This document shows positions 28,326 through 36,471 of a DNA stretch of 41,722 nucleotides, one piece after another. The DNA comes from Bacilli bacterium (GTDB taxonomy: Bacteria; Bacillota_I; Bacilli_A; RF39; UBA660): NCBI GenBank assembly GCA_007117415.1, contig SKGN01000040.1, positions 1-41,722 on the forward strand, written 5' to 3'. The position numbers and the translations under genes were made by a program. Under the pieces are notes generated by a model that saw only the letters and a program-made list of their open reading frames with translations, was not told where the DNA came from and made no database searches. Within the stretch, counting starts at the first letter, position 1. Each line of letters starts with the position of its first letter.

Positions 28326-28685
28326 ATGGAAAGAGTAATAATTTATTTTTTAGTTTATTTTTTGATATCTTTTTCGTTATATAAAGTTTTTTTTGCATTT
28401 AAAAAAAGAAAAGATGATACAGCGTTATTTAATATAATGGAAATAAAGCATTTAATACAAGGCTATAAATTAGATATAAAACGAATAGGAATAAAAAAAG
28501 TGGTTAATATTGTTTCGCTAACTAATGCTTTTATTTTTACGTGTGCTTTAACTGTTTTACAAATATTTAAATTAAGTATTTTAGTTTTCTTAATCGTCTT
28601 TGTATTAATATTAACCTTAACTTATATACTGTATTATTTAATGGGAAAATATTATCAAAAGAAGGGAATGATTATTAATGTATGA
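28326..28685 (+). CDS. Small membrane protein (about 3 TM helices), unknown function; overlaps the leuS start by 8 nt
   Basis: The ORF is 119 aa. GGAG at 28315-18 has 7-nt spacing to the ATG. It contains hydrophobic helices, and its stop TGA (28683-85) lies inside the leuS start region ATGTATGA. Confidence 0.55.
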   Translation: MERVIIYFLVYFLISFSLYKVFFAFKKRKDDTALFNIMEIKHLIQGYKLDIKRIGIKKVVNIVSLTNAFIFTCALTVLQIFKLSILVFLIVFVLILTLTYILYYLMGKYYQKKGMIINV

Positions 28686-31530
28686 TTATAAAAAAATAGA
28701 ACGTAAGTGGCAAGAATATTGGGATAGTAACAAGACATTTAAAGCTTATGAAAATTCAGATAAAGAAAAATATTATGTTTTAATTGAGTTCCCATACCCA
28801 TCAGGGTCGGGATTACATATTGGACATCCAAGAAGTTATACAGCTCTAGATTCTTTAGCTAGAAAAAGAAGAATGGAAGGATACAATGTTCTTTTTCCAA
28901 TGGGTTGGGATGCTTTTGGGTTGCCTGCTGAAAACTACGCGATTCAAAATCATATTCATCCTCGTGAGGCGGTTAAAGAAAATGTAGCTATTTTTAAAAA
29001 ACAATGCCAAAATTTAGGTATTTCTTTTGATTGGGATCGTGAGATTTCGACAACAGATCCAAGTTATTTCAAATGGACTCAGTGGCAATTTATTAAATTT
29101 TTTGAACATAATTTAGCATATAAAACTAAGAAAGCTATTAATTGGTGTACAGCCTGCAAAGTTGGTTTATCAAATGAAGAAGTAGAACATGGTAATTGTG
29201 AGCGCTGTGGTGGTGAAATAGTTAGACGCGAAAAAGAACAATGGATGCTTAGTATGAAAAGTTATGCTGAAAAACTTATTGAAGGTTTAAAAGATACTGA
29301 TTTTATTGATCGAGTTAAAACAGCACAAATTAATTGGATAGGAAAAAGTGAAGGAGCTGAAATTACTTTTGATATTGCTGATTCTAATCATAAATTAAAA
29401 GTTTATACAACTAGACCAGATACTATTTATGGTGTAACATTCATGGTGTTATCGCCAGAACATCCAATTTTAAATATGGTTAAAGATAAAATAACAAATT
29501 ATGAAGAAGTTGTTAAATATCAAGAAGATGCTAGTAGAAAGTCGGAATTTGAGCGTGTTGAATTAATAAAAGAAAAAACGGGCGTTAAATTAGAAGGAAT
29601 TGATGCAGTTAATCCTTTAACTAACGAAAAAATTCAAATATGGATATCTGATTATGTAATGATGAATTATGGTACAGGTGCTATTATGGCTGTTCCAGCT
29701 CATGATGATAGAGATTATGATTTTGCTAATAAGTTCGGTATTCCTATTGTTCAAGTCATCGCTCCGTTCTTTTCGCCGGAAGAGGATAATCAATTAAAAC
29801 CTGACGTTAAAACAGATAGAAGAAAAACCGTTATAATAGCTTTAAAACATCATGATAAAGATGAGTATTTATGTTTAAATTGGAAGATAAAAGATTGGCA
29901 TACTTTTGTTGTTGGCGGAAAAGAAAGTAACGAAACAATCGGTGAAACAGCTGTTAGAGAATTGCAAGAAGAAACCGGATACAAAAATATTAGGATAGAT
30001 AAAATTTTTAATTTTGAATCACACAGTTCTTTTTATGCAGCTCATAAAGGAGTTAATCGATATCAAGAAGCTGTTTATGTGTTAGCTAAGTTAGAAGATG
30101 AAGAATCTAATGAAATAATAGCCGAAGAAAAAGATAAACATGATCTTGTTTGGATAAAGAAAGATGAATTAGGTAAATTTATTAATATAGCTACTTATAA
30201 ATATATGGTTGATCTAATCGTCAATGGTGAAAAGGCTTATACTGGTGAAGGGGTCATGATTAATTCTGGCATTTTAAATGATATTAATAATAAGGAAGAA
30301 GCAATAATAACTATTATTAATTATCTTGAAGAAAAAGGAATTGGTAAGAAAACAACTAATTATCGTTTACAAGATTGGGTTTTCTCAAGACAAAGATTTT
30401 GGGGAGAACCTATTCCAATGATCTATTGTGATGAATGTGATTGGGTCCCTGTTCCTGATGAAGATTTACCAGTTATGTTGCCAGAGGTAGCAACTTATGA
30501 TCCAACTGATAATGGAGAAAGTCCATTAGCGACAATGCCCGAATGGTATACAGTAAATTGTCCAAAATGTGGTAAAACAGCGAGGCGTGAAACTGATACG
30601 ATGCCTAATTGGGCTGGTTCATCATGGTATTGGTTAAGATATATGGATCCTCATAATGATCAAGAATTTGTTAGCCAAGCGGCATTAAATTATTGGGGTA
30701 TGGTTAATTGGTATAATGGTGGAATGGAACATGCTACTAGACATTTACTTTATGCTCGTTTTTGGCATCGCTTTCTATATGATATAGGATTAGTACCAAC
30801 TCCTGAACCGTTTACAAAGAGAACTGCTCATGGTATGGTTTTAGGAGAAGATGGTAGTAAAATAAGTAAATCAAAAGGAAATGGTATTAACCCAAATGAT
30901 ATAATTGATGCGTATAGTGCAGATGCCCTTAGAACATATGAATTATTTATGGGTGATTATGAAATGGATACAGCGTGGAGTACTAATGGTTTAAAAGGAT
31001 GTAAACGTTTCCTTGATAAATTATGGCGTGTTAAAGAAAAAGTAAAAAAAAGCGGGGAATATTCAAAAAAATTAGAAAGCATTATCAATCAAACTATAAA
31101 AAAAGTTAGTAACGATATTGAACAAATGAAATATAATACAGCTGTTTCAGCATTAATGATTTTATTAAATGAATATGAAAAGCAAGAATACATAACTGAT
31201 TATGATCTTCGTGTTTTAATTACCTTATTAAATCCTTTTGCCCCTCATATAACAGAGGAAATAAATGAATTAAAAGAATTAGGTAAACCACTATGTGATA
31301 GTCCATGGCCTAAGTATGATGAACTAAAAACTCAAGAAGATACTTACGAATTAATTATTCAAGTTAATGGAAAAGTACGAGGTAAAATTACTGTTAGGAT
31401 CAACATTGACGAAGAAGAAATGAAGAAACAAGCTGTTAATCATGAAAACGCTATTAAGCATATTGAAGGAAAAGAGATCATTAAAATAATTGTTGTGCCT
31501 AAAAAATTAGTTAATATTGTAGTTAAATAG
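28678..31530 (+). CDS. leuS: Leucine--tRNA ligase carrying an internal Nudix-hydrolase-like domain insertion
   Basis: Synthetase and editing motifs are HIGH (HIGHPRSY), KMSKS (KISKS), CP1 editing TTRPDT and GTGAIMAVPAHDDRDYDFA, two Cys clusters (CTAC..CERC and CDEC..CPKC), and NYRLQDWVFSRQRFWGEPIP. The protein is 950 aa, against roughly 800-860 for canonical bacterial LeuRS. The extra residues 362-519 contain the Nudix box. Confidence 0.95.
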   Translation: MYDYKKIERKWQEYWDSNKTFKAYENSDKEKYYVLIEFPYPSGSGLHIGHPRSYTALDSLARKRRMEGYNVLFPMGWDAFGLPAENYAIQNHIHPREAVKENVAIFKKQCQNLGISFDWDREISTTDPSYFKWTQWQFIKFFEHNLAYKTKKAINWCTACKVGLSNEEVEHGNCERCGGEIVRREKEQWMLSMKSYAEKLIEGLKDTDFIDRVKTAQINWIGKSEGAEITFDIADSNHKLKVYTTRPDTIYGVTFMVLSPEHPILNMVKDKITNYEEVVKYQEDASRKSEFERVELIKEKTGVKLEGIDAVNPLTNEKIQIWISDYVMMNYGTGAIMAVPAHDDRDYDFANKFGIPIVQVIAPFFSPEEDNQLKPDVKTDRRKTVIIALKHHDKDEYLCLNWKIKDWHTFVVGGKESNETIGETAVRELQEETGYKNIRIDKIFNFESHSSFYAAHKGVNRYQEAVYVLAKLEDEESNEIIAEEKDKHDLVWIKKDELGKFINIATYKYMVDLIVNGEKAYTGEGVMINSGILNDINNKEEAIITIINYLEEKGIGKKTTNYRLQDWVFSRQRFWGEPIPMIYCDECDWVPVPDEDLPVMLPEVATYDPTDNGESPLATMPEWYTVNCPKCGKTARRETDTMPNWAGSSWYWLRYMDPHNDQEFVSQAALNYWGMVNWYNGGMEHATRHLLYARFWHRFLYDIGLVPTPEPFTKRTAHGMVLGEDGSKISKSKGNGINPNDIIDAYSADALRTYELFMGDYEMDTAWSTNGLKGCKRFLDKLWRVKEKVKKSGEYSKKLESIINQTIKKVSNDIEQMKYNTAVSALMILLNEYEKQEYITDYDLRVLITLLNPFAPHITEEINELKELGKPLCDSPWPKYDELKTQEDTYELIIQVNGKVRGKITVRINIDEEEMKKQAVNHENAIKHIEGKEIIKIIVVPKKLVNIVVK

Positions 31531-31541
31531 GAGGTTTATCA

Positions 31542-32030
31542 ATGGCAAAAAGGTTATGCTTATTCTTTATAATTATATTTATAGGAGGCTGTTATAATAA
31601 TCAATTAACAGCTGAAGAAAAAGAGTATTATCAATTAGTTGATGAATTAAAAAAGATAAATCATAATCAATTTAGTGAAAATTTCCCGTTTGATATTAAT
31701 GTTTACTTTGATAAAATTATGGAATCAGAAATAAGGTATGAAGTAGTAATTGATAATCCTCGTAATATAATTAACAATATAAAAGCCATAGCGATTCATG
31801 ATTATGAAACCAATGATGTTTTTCCTAATACGGGTATCTTTGATGAACCATTTAGTATGAACCCTCTGGTTGTTGATTTAAAAGCTAATTATGTTAAGGG
31901 AGTAATTTTAATTGGTTATATTCCTTTTAAAGATGATTTAGAGGAATATAAAGGAAAAGTTAGGGTTTTAGTTGAATATGAGGATGAAATATCAAATATC
32001 AACAAAATTTTCTTTCTAAGCCAATATTAG
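31542..32030 (+). CDS. Putative lipoprotein, unknown function
   Basis: The signal peptide carries a lipobox (LFFIIIFIGG-C). RBS is AGGAGG. The ORF is 162 aa. Confidence 0.6.
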   Translation: MAKRLCLFFIIIFIGGCYNNQLTAEEKEYYQLVDELKKINHNQFSENFPFDINVYFDKIMESEIRYEVVIDNPRNIINNIKAIAIHDYETNDVFPNTGIFDEPFSMNPLVVDLKANYVKGVILIGYIPFKDDLEEYKGKVRVLVEYEDEISNINKIFFLSQY

Positions 32031-32077
32031 ACACATTAAAACATTAATATTATATACAATGTTAATTGGTGATTATA

Positions 32078-32251
32078 ATGAAAATAAAAATGTTTGATGA
32101 AGAACATGAAAAGGATTTAGAAAACGCTGTTAATGAGTTTTTGTCTAATTTAGAAGGTCAAGTTATTGATATCAAATATCAAGTAGGTATTGCTGTGTTT
32201 GCAGAAGAACAAATATATTGTTTTTCTGCGATGGTTATTTATAAACGATAG
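32078..32251 (+). CDS. Cse60/YteV-like small sporulation protein
   Basis: MKIKMFDEEHEKDLENAVNEFL...IDIKYQV......EQIYCFSAMVIYK matches my recollection of the Cse60 (sigma-E controlled, YteV) family pattern. The start is uncertain (TTG 32066, GTG 32069, ATG 32078 or ATG 32090). Confidence 0.55.
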   Translation: MKIKMFDEEHEKDLENAVNEFLSNLEGQVIDIKYQVGIAVFAEEQIYCFSAMVIYKR

Positions 32252-32267
32252 TATTGGAAGTGATATA

Positions 32268-33926
32268 ATGAAAAAAAACCCTTTTTTACAGGGTGCTATG
32301 ATAGCAACAATTGGTATTATTATTACTAAGATTTTAGGAATTATTTATGTTATTCCTTTTTATGCTATTATTGGGGTTCAAGGTGGAGCTTTATATGGAT
32401 ATGCATATTCTATTTATTCTATCTTTTTAAAGTTATCCTCAATTGGCATTCCACTTGCTATGAGTAAATTAATAAGTGAGTACAATACCCTAGAATATTT
32501 TGATATAAAAGAGCGTGCCTTTTTAATTGGTAAAAAGTTCGTTTTATTATTAAGTGTTATCAGTTTTTTCATTTTAATCTTTTTTGCTCCGCTTTTAGCC
32601 CATATTTTTATTGGTGATATTCAAGGAGGAAACACAATTGAAGATGTTACCTTTGTTATTCGTGTTGTAGCGTCCGCTATTTTAATTGTACCTATACTAA
32701 GCGTTACTAGAGGTTATTTACAGGGACATCGTTTTATAACCCCATCTTCAATAAGTCAGGTGTTAGAACAAATTGTTAGGGTAATTATTATTGTAGTGGG
32801 TAGTTATTTATGTATGGTTGTGTTTGATTTATCACTTAAATTTACAATTGGATTGGCTGTTTTTGGAGCTACATTGGGGGCATTCATATCATATTTGTAT
32901 TTAATAATTAAAATGGGGAAAAATAAGAATGAATTAAATAGGGAAAATGAATCTTCAAAAATTCTTCATAAAATCAGTGAAAAAGATATTTTGATAAAAT
33001 TGTTATCATATTCAGCCCCTTTTATTTTTAGTAGTCTTATATTATCTTTCTATCATTTTGTTGATTTATCTACTATTGTTAAAACGATGGTTAGAGGATT
33101 AAATTATGACATAGTGGAAGCTGAAACTACTATAAGTATTTTACTGGTTTGGGGTTTAAAGTTAAATATGATTATTATGGCGATAGCAACGGGTTTAACA
33201 ACAAGTTTGTTACCTAATATTATAAGTAGTTATGTAGCTGATAATCTTACTGATCTTAGATATAAAATTAATAGATCTATTCAAATTTTGTTATTTGTTA
33301 CCTTACCTATGGCAGTTGGACTTAGTCTACTAGCAGGACCTGTTTGGACATTATTTTATGGATATAATCAACTTGGAACCCTAGTTTTTAAATATTCTAT
33401 TATGATATCTATCTTTACTAGTCTTTTAATTATTTTAAATATTATCTTACAATCTTTAAATCAATTTAAGAAAATGTTTACTTTTATCCTAACAGGGTTT
33501 GTTATTAAGTTACTCTTTAATATACCTTTGATGTATTCGTTTTCTTCAATAGGATTTCACGCATCTTATGGCGTTATTACCGCCTCTATTATCGGTTACT
33601 TTATCTCAATAGGGTTAATTTTAAGGTTTTTAAAGAAAAGTATTGGGGTAAATTATGAAGATACTTTTAATAAGATTATTAATATTTTTTTTACAGTGGT
33701 AATAATGAGTGTAGTAATATTATTAATTCAATTTGTTGTGCCAGTTGATACTGCTAATCGATTACATGCTTTAGGATTAATTATTTTCTATTCCATTATA
33801 GGAGCATCCATTTATATTTATATTACGATAAAAAACAAACTTTTATTTGAAATTGTTGGCAAAAGTTTTATTGAAAGGATTTTAACTAAAATGAAAATCA
33901 ATAATTTTATTAATTATGATTTATAG
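32268..33926 (+). CDS. MOP-superfamily flippase of the MurJ(YtgP)/SpoVB type (putative lipid II flippase)
   Basis: It has about 14 TM helices and the N-terminus MKKNPFLQGAMIATIGIIITKILGIIYVIPF, typical of the YtgP/SpoVB family. The track ORF 32190 runs back into cse60. GGAAGTGA at 32256-63 supports ATG 32268. Confidence 0.8.
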   Translation: MKKNPFLQGAMIATIGIIITKILGIIYVIPFYAIIGVQGGALYGYAYSIYSIFLKLSSIGIPLAMSKLISEYNTLEYFDIKERAFLIGKKFVLLLSVISFFILIFFAPLLAHIFIGDIQGGNTIEDVTFVIRVVASAILIVPILSVTRGYLQGHRFITPSSISQVLEQIVRVIIIVVGSYLCMVVFDLSLKFTIGLAVFGATLGAFISYLYLIIKMGKNKNELNRENESSKILHKISEKDILIKLLSYSAPFIFSSLILSFYHFVDLSTIVKTMVRGLNYDIVEAETTISILLVWGLKLNMIIMAIATGLTTSLLPNIISSYVADNLTDLRYKINRSIQILLFVTLPMAVGLSLLAGPVWTLFYGYNQLGTLVFKYSIMISIFTSLLIILNIILQSLNQFKKMFTFILTGFVIKLLFNIPLMYSFSSIGFHASYGVITASIIGYFISIGLILRFLKKSIGVNYEDTFNKIINIFFTVVIMSVVILLIQFVVPVDTANRLHALGLIIFYSIIGASIYIYITIKNKLLFEIVGKSFIERILTKMKINNFINYDL

Positions 33927-33939
33927 TAAGGTGGCTAAA

Positions 33940-35226
33940 ATGAAATTTATATCAAATATTGATATTAATAAATTTAATGATTTTGTATTGTCTCATCCTT
34001 ATAAATCACATTTTTTACAATCAAGTTTATGGGGAGAACTAAGTAAACATAAGGGATTAACTCCTCATTATGTGGGAATAATAGATAAAGGTGAAATAAT
34101 AGCGGCAAGTTTATTACTAGAAAAAAAATTGTATTTTGGCTATTCCTATTTATATGCGCCTAGAGGATATGTTATCGATTTTAATAATTATAAAACACTA
34201 TCCTTTTTTACTGAGAAAATAAAAAAATATGCTCAAAAAAGAAAAGCTTTATTTGTTAAGATTGACCCTGATATTAAATATCATCAAATTGATATTGAAG
34301 GCAATAAAATAAAAAAGGGCTTTAATAATTATCAAACATTTGCTGATTTAACCCAATTAGGTTATAAGCATAAAGGTTTTAATAAAAATTTTGAAAGTAG
34401 TCAACCAAGATATACATTTAGAATTGATTTTAATGATTCGTTTGAAAATATTTCAGCTCGTTTTTCAACTACCACGAAACAAAGGATTAAGAAAGCTAAA
34501 GAATATGGAATAGAAGTATATATTGGTGATGAATCAGATATTGATTCCTTTTATCAATTGGTTTTAGATGTTGAGAAAAGAAAAAATCTCTTTCAACATT
34601 CTTATAAATATTATTATGAGTTTTATAATATTTTAAAAAAAAATGATAATGTTAAATTATTTATAGCTAAAGCATACCCTTCAAAAATAGTAGCTATTTT
34701 AAAAAATAAAGAAAAAACATTAAGAAAAGAAATAAAAGAATTAGAACAAAAAAAAGGAAGAAAGATAATAAACGAAAAAAAGCAATTATTAAAACAGTTA
34801 AATAAATTAAATGAAGATCTTATTTTATTTACACATTATAAAAATAAATACCCGGAAGGTGTAGTTATTAGTGCTCATATGATTGTTTTTTATGGCGATA
34901 AAGGTTGGGTATTATATGCTGGTAATCATCATGATTTAACTGAGACTTTTGCTAACTATTTAGTGTATGAAACGCATATAAAGTATGCTCATGAAAACGG
35001 TTATAAGATTTATGATCAGTTTGGGTCAGTAGGGGATTTATCTAAACATAATCCCTCAATAGGGTTATATGAATTTAAGAAAAAATTTGGCGGAGAATTT
35101 ATTGAATTTATCGGTGAATTTGATTTGATAATAAATAAATATTTATATTTTATATTTATTTATTTAATTCCTTTATACCGAAAAGTAGTTAGGTTTATTT
35201 TAAGAATAAGGAGACCTAAGAAATGA
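33940..35226 (+). CDS. FemAB-family peptidoglycan interpeptide-bridge aminoacyltransferase (FemX/MurM-like)
   Basis: F..SHPYKSHFLQSSLWGELSK, APRGY and a central coiled-coil insert (KEIKELEQKK...LNKLNEDL) are characteristic of tRNA-dependent Fem transferases. AAGGTGG at 33928-34 supports ATG 33940. Confidence 0.85.
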   Translation: MKFISNIDINKFNDFVLSHPYKSHFLQSSLWGELSKHKGLTPHYVGIIDKGEIIAASLLLEKKLYFGYSYLYAPRGYVIDFNNYKTLSFFTEKIKKYAQKRKALFVKIDPDIKYHQIDIEGNKIKKGFNNYQTFADLTQLGYKHKGFNKNFESSQPRYTFRIDFNDSFENISARFSTTTKQRIKKAKEYGIEVYIGDESDIDSFYQLVLDVEKRKNLFQHSYKYYYEFYNILKKNDNVKLFIAKAYPSKIVAILKNKEKTLRKEIKELEQKKGRKIINEKKQLLKQLNKLNEDLILFTHYKNKYPEGVVISAHMIVFYGDKGWVLYAGNHHDLTETFANYLVYETHIKYAHENGYKIYDQFGSVGDLSKHNPSIGLYEFKKKFGGEFIEFIGEFDLIINKYLYFIFIYLIPLYRKVVRFILRIRRPKK

Positions 35227-36440
35227 AATTTAAAGAAACAGATTTTATACCAGTCTTATTAGGTGGTGATATCAGTAATTATAGCGTGGCTAGATCATTT
35301 TATGAGCGCTATCAAATTAAGTCAATTATAGTAGGAAAGCGCCCTATATATCCGACTATATATACCAAATTGGTTAGGGGTTTTTATGATGAGAATTTAG
35401 AAGAAAAAAAAGTTTTTCTAAGAATGATGAAAGAGATTGATGAGAAGTATCCAACTAAGAAGAAAATATTGTTAGGTAATATCGATGGTTATGTAAGAAT
35501 AATTATTGAAAATAAAGAGTCATTATCTAAAAAATTTATTGTCCCTTTTATTGATAAAGAATTGTTTGATAAATTAGTCATTAAAGAAGATTTTTATAAC
35601 ATTTGTCAAGAACATGGTTTGGATTATCCAAAAACATATCTTTTTAAATGTAGTGAAAAAGCAACCTGTAATATTGATCTCCCTTTTTTTTATCCTGTTT
35701 TTGTAAAACCTTCTAATACGGTTATTTATTCACAGTATCATTTTGAAGGAAAACAAAAGGGTTATTTTATTAATAATAAAAAAGAGTTAGAAAAAACTCT
35801 AAAAGTAATTTGTTCTTCAGGTTATAACGATTCATTAATCATCCAAGAATATATTCCTGGTGAAGACTCAAATATGAGAGTTGTAACATGCTATGTTAAT
35901 CAGCAGCATCAAGTAAAAGGAATATCGATGGGTCACATTATTTTAGAAGATCACTCGCCAATGTTAGTGGGAAATTATACCGCTATTATGGGTGATTATA
36001 ATAAACAATTAACCGAAACAATAATTACGTTTTTAGAAAAAATAAAATATAAAGGAATTTGTCACTTTGATATTAAGTATGACGAAAGAGATAAGAAATA
36101 TAAATTTTTAGAGATGAATATTAGGCAAGGGCGAAACAATTATTATACTACCCTTTGTGGATTAAATTTAGCAGAGTATTTAGTAGATGATTATATCTAT
36201 AATAACAAAGATAAAAAAATTAATATTACTAACGAAAAATATATCTGTAGTATTGTTCCCAAGTATATATTAATGAAATATGTAAGTAATAAAAATTTAA
36301 AAAAGAAGATAAAAACCGCTATTAAAGAAAAAAAATGGATTAGACCATTACTGATGAAAGGTGATTATAATTTTTCTAGAATAATTCAACATTTAAAAGC
36401 TGATATTAAAAGTATCAGTAATTATCAAAAATATTATTGA
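35223..36440 (+). CDS. ATP-grasp carboxylate--amine ligase (D-aspartate-ligase-like family)
   Basis: ATP-grasp elements are FVKPSN, IIQEYIPGED and the Mg/ATP loop FLEMNIRQGRNNY. The ATGA start/stop overlap with the Fem gene is at 35223-35226. Confidence 0.75.
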   Translation: MKFKETDFIPVLLGGDISNYSVARSFYERYQIKSIIVGKRPIYPTIYTKLVRGFYDENLEEKKVFLRMMKEIDEKYPTKKKILLGNIDGYVRIIIENKESLSKKFIVPFIDKELFDKLVIKEDFYNICQEHGLDYPKTYLFKCSEKATCNIDLPFFYPVFVKPSNTVIYSQYHFEGKQKGYFINNKKELEKTLKVICSSGYNDSLIIQEYIPGEDSNMRVVTCYVNQQHQVKGISMGHIILEDHSPMLVGNYTAIMGDYNKQLTETIITFLEKIKYKGICHFDIKYDERDKKYKFLEMNIRQGRNNYYTTLCGLNLAEYLVDDYIYNNKDKKINITNEKYICSIVPKYILMKYVSNKNLKKKIKTAIKEKKWIRPLLMKGDYNFSRIIQHLKADIKSISNYQKYY

Positions 36441-36471
36441 TAAGTTAAAAAAAAATTAGGGGGGGGAACAA

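Noticed and set aside
28210-28677. T-box riboswitch upstream of leuS
   Set aside because: I expected one from Bacillus precedent, but no GGGTGGTACCGCG-like T-box element, specifier-loop context or terminator/antiterminator pair is visible. The only GTGGTTA string (about 28500) is inside the small membrane ORF and lacks the CCGCG continuation.
32020-32077. Sigma-E type promoter for the cse60-like gene (ATACAAT at 32054-60, AATATT at 32023-28)
   Set aside because: The -10-like element is plausible, but the only -35-like ATATT elements are about 24 nt or about 3 nt away. This is incompatible with the sigma-E spacing, so it is not reported as a feature.
8425-33939. Longer N-terminal extensions offered by the ORF track (hup 8425, gpsB 15405, pgsA 16614, recA 17387, M16 22178, permease 24366, flippase 32190, Fem 33916)
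   Set aside because: In each case a Shine-Dalgarno sequence sits inside the extension and is correctly spaced for a downstream in-frame start. The extension would also overlap the preceding gene or add residues not typical of the family.
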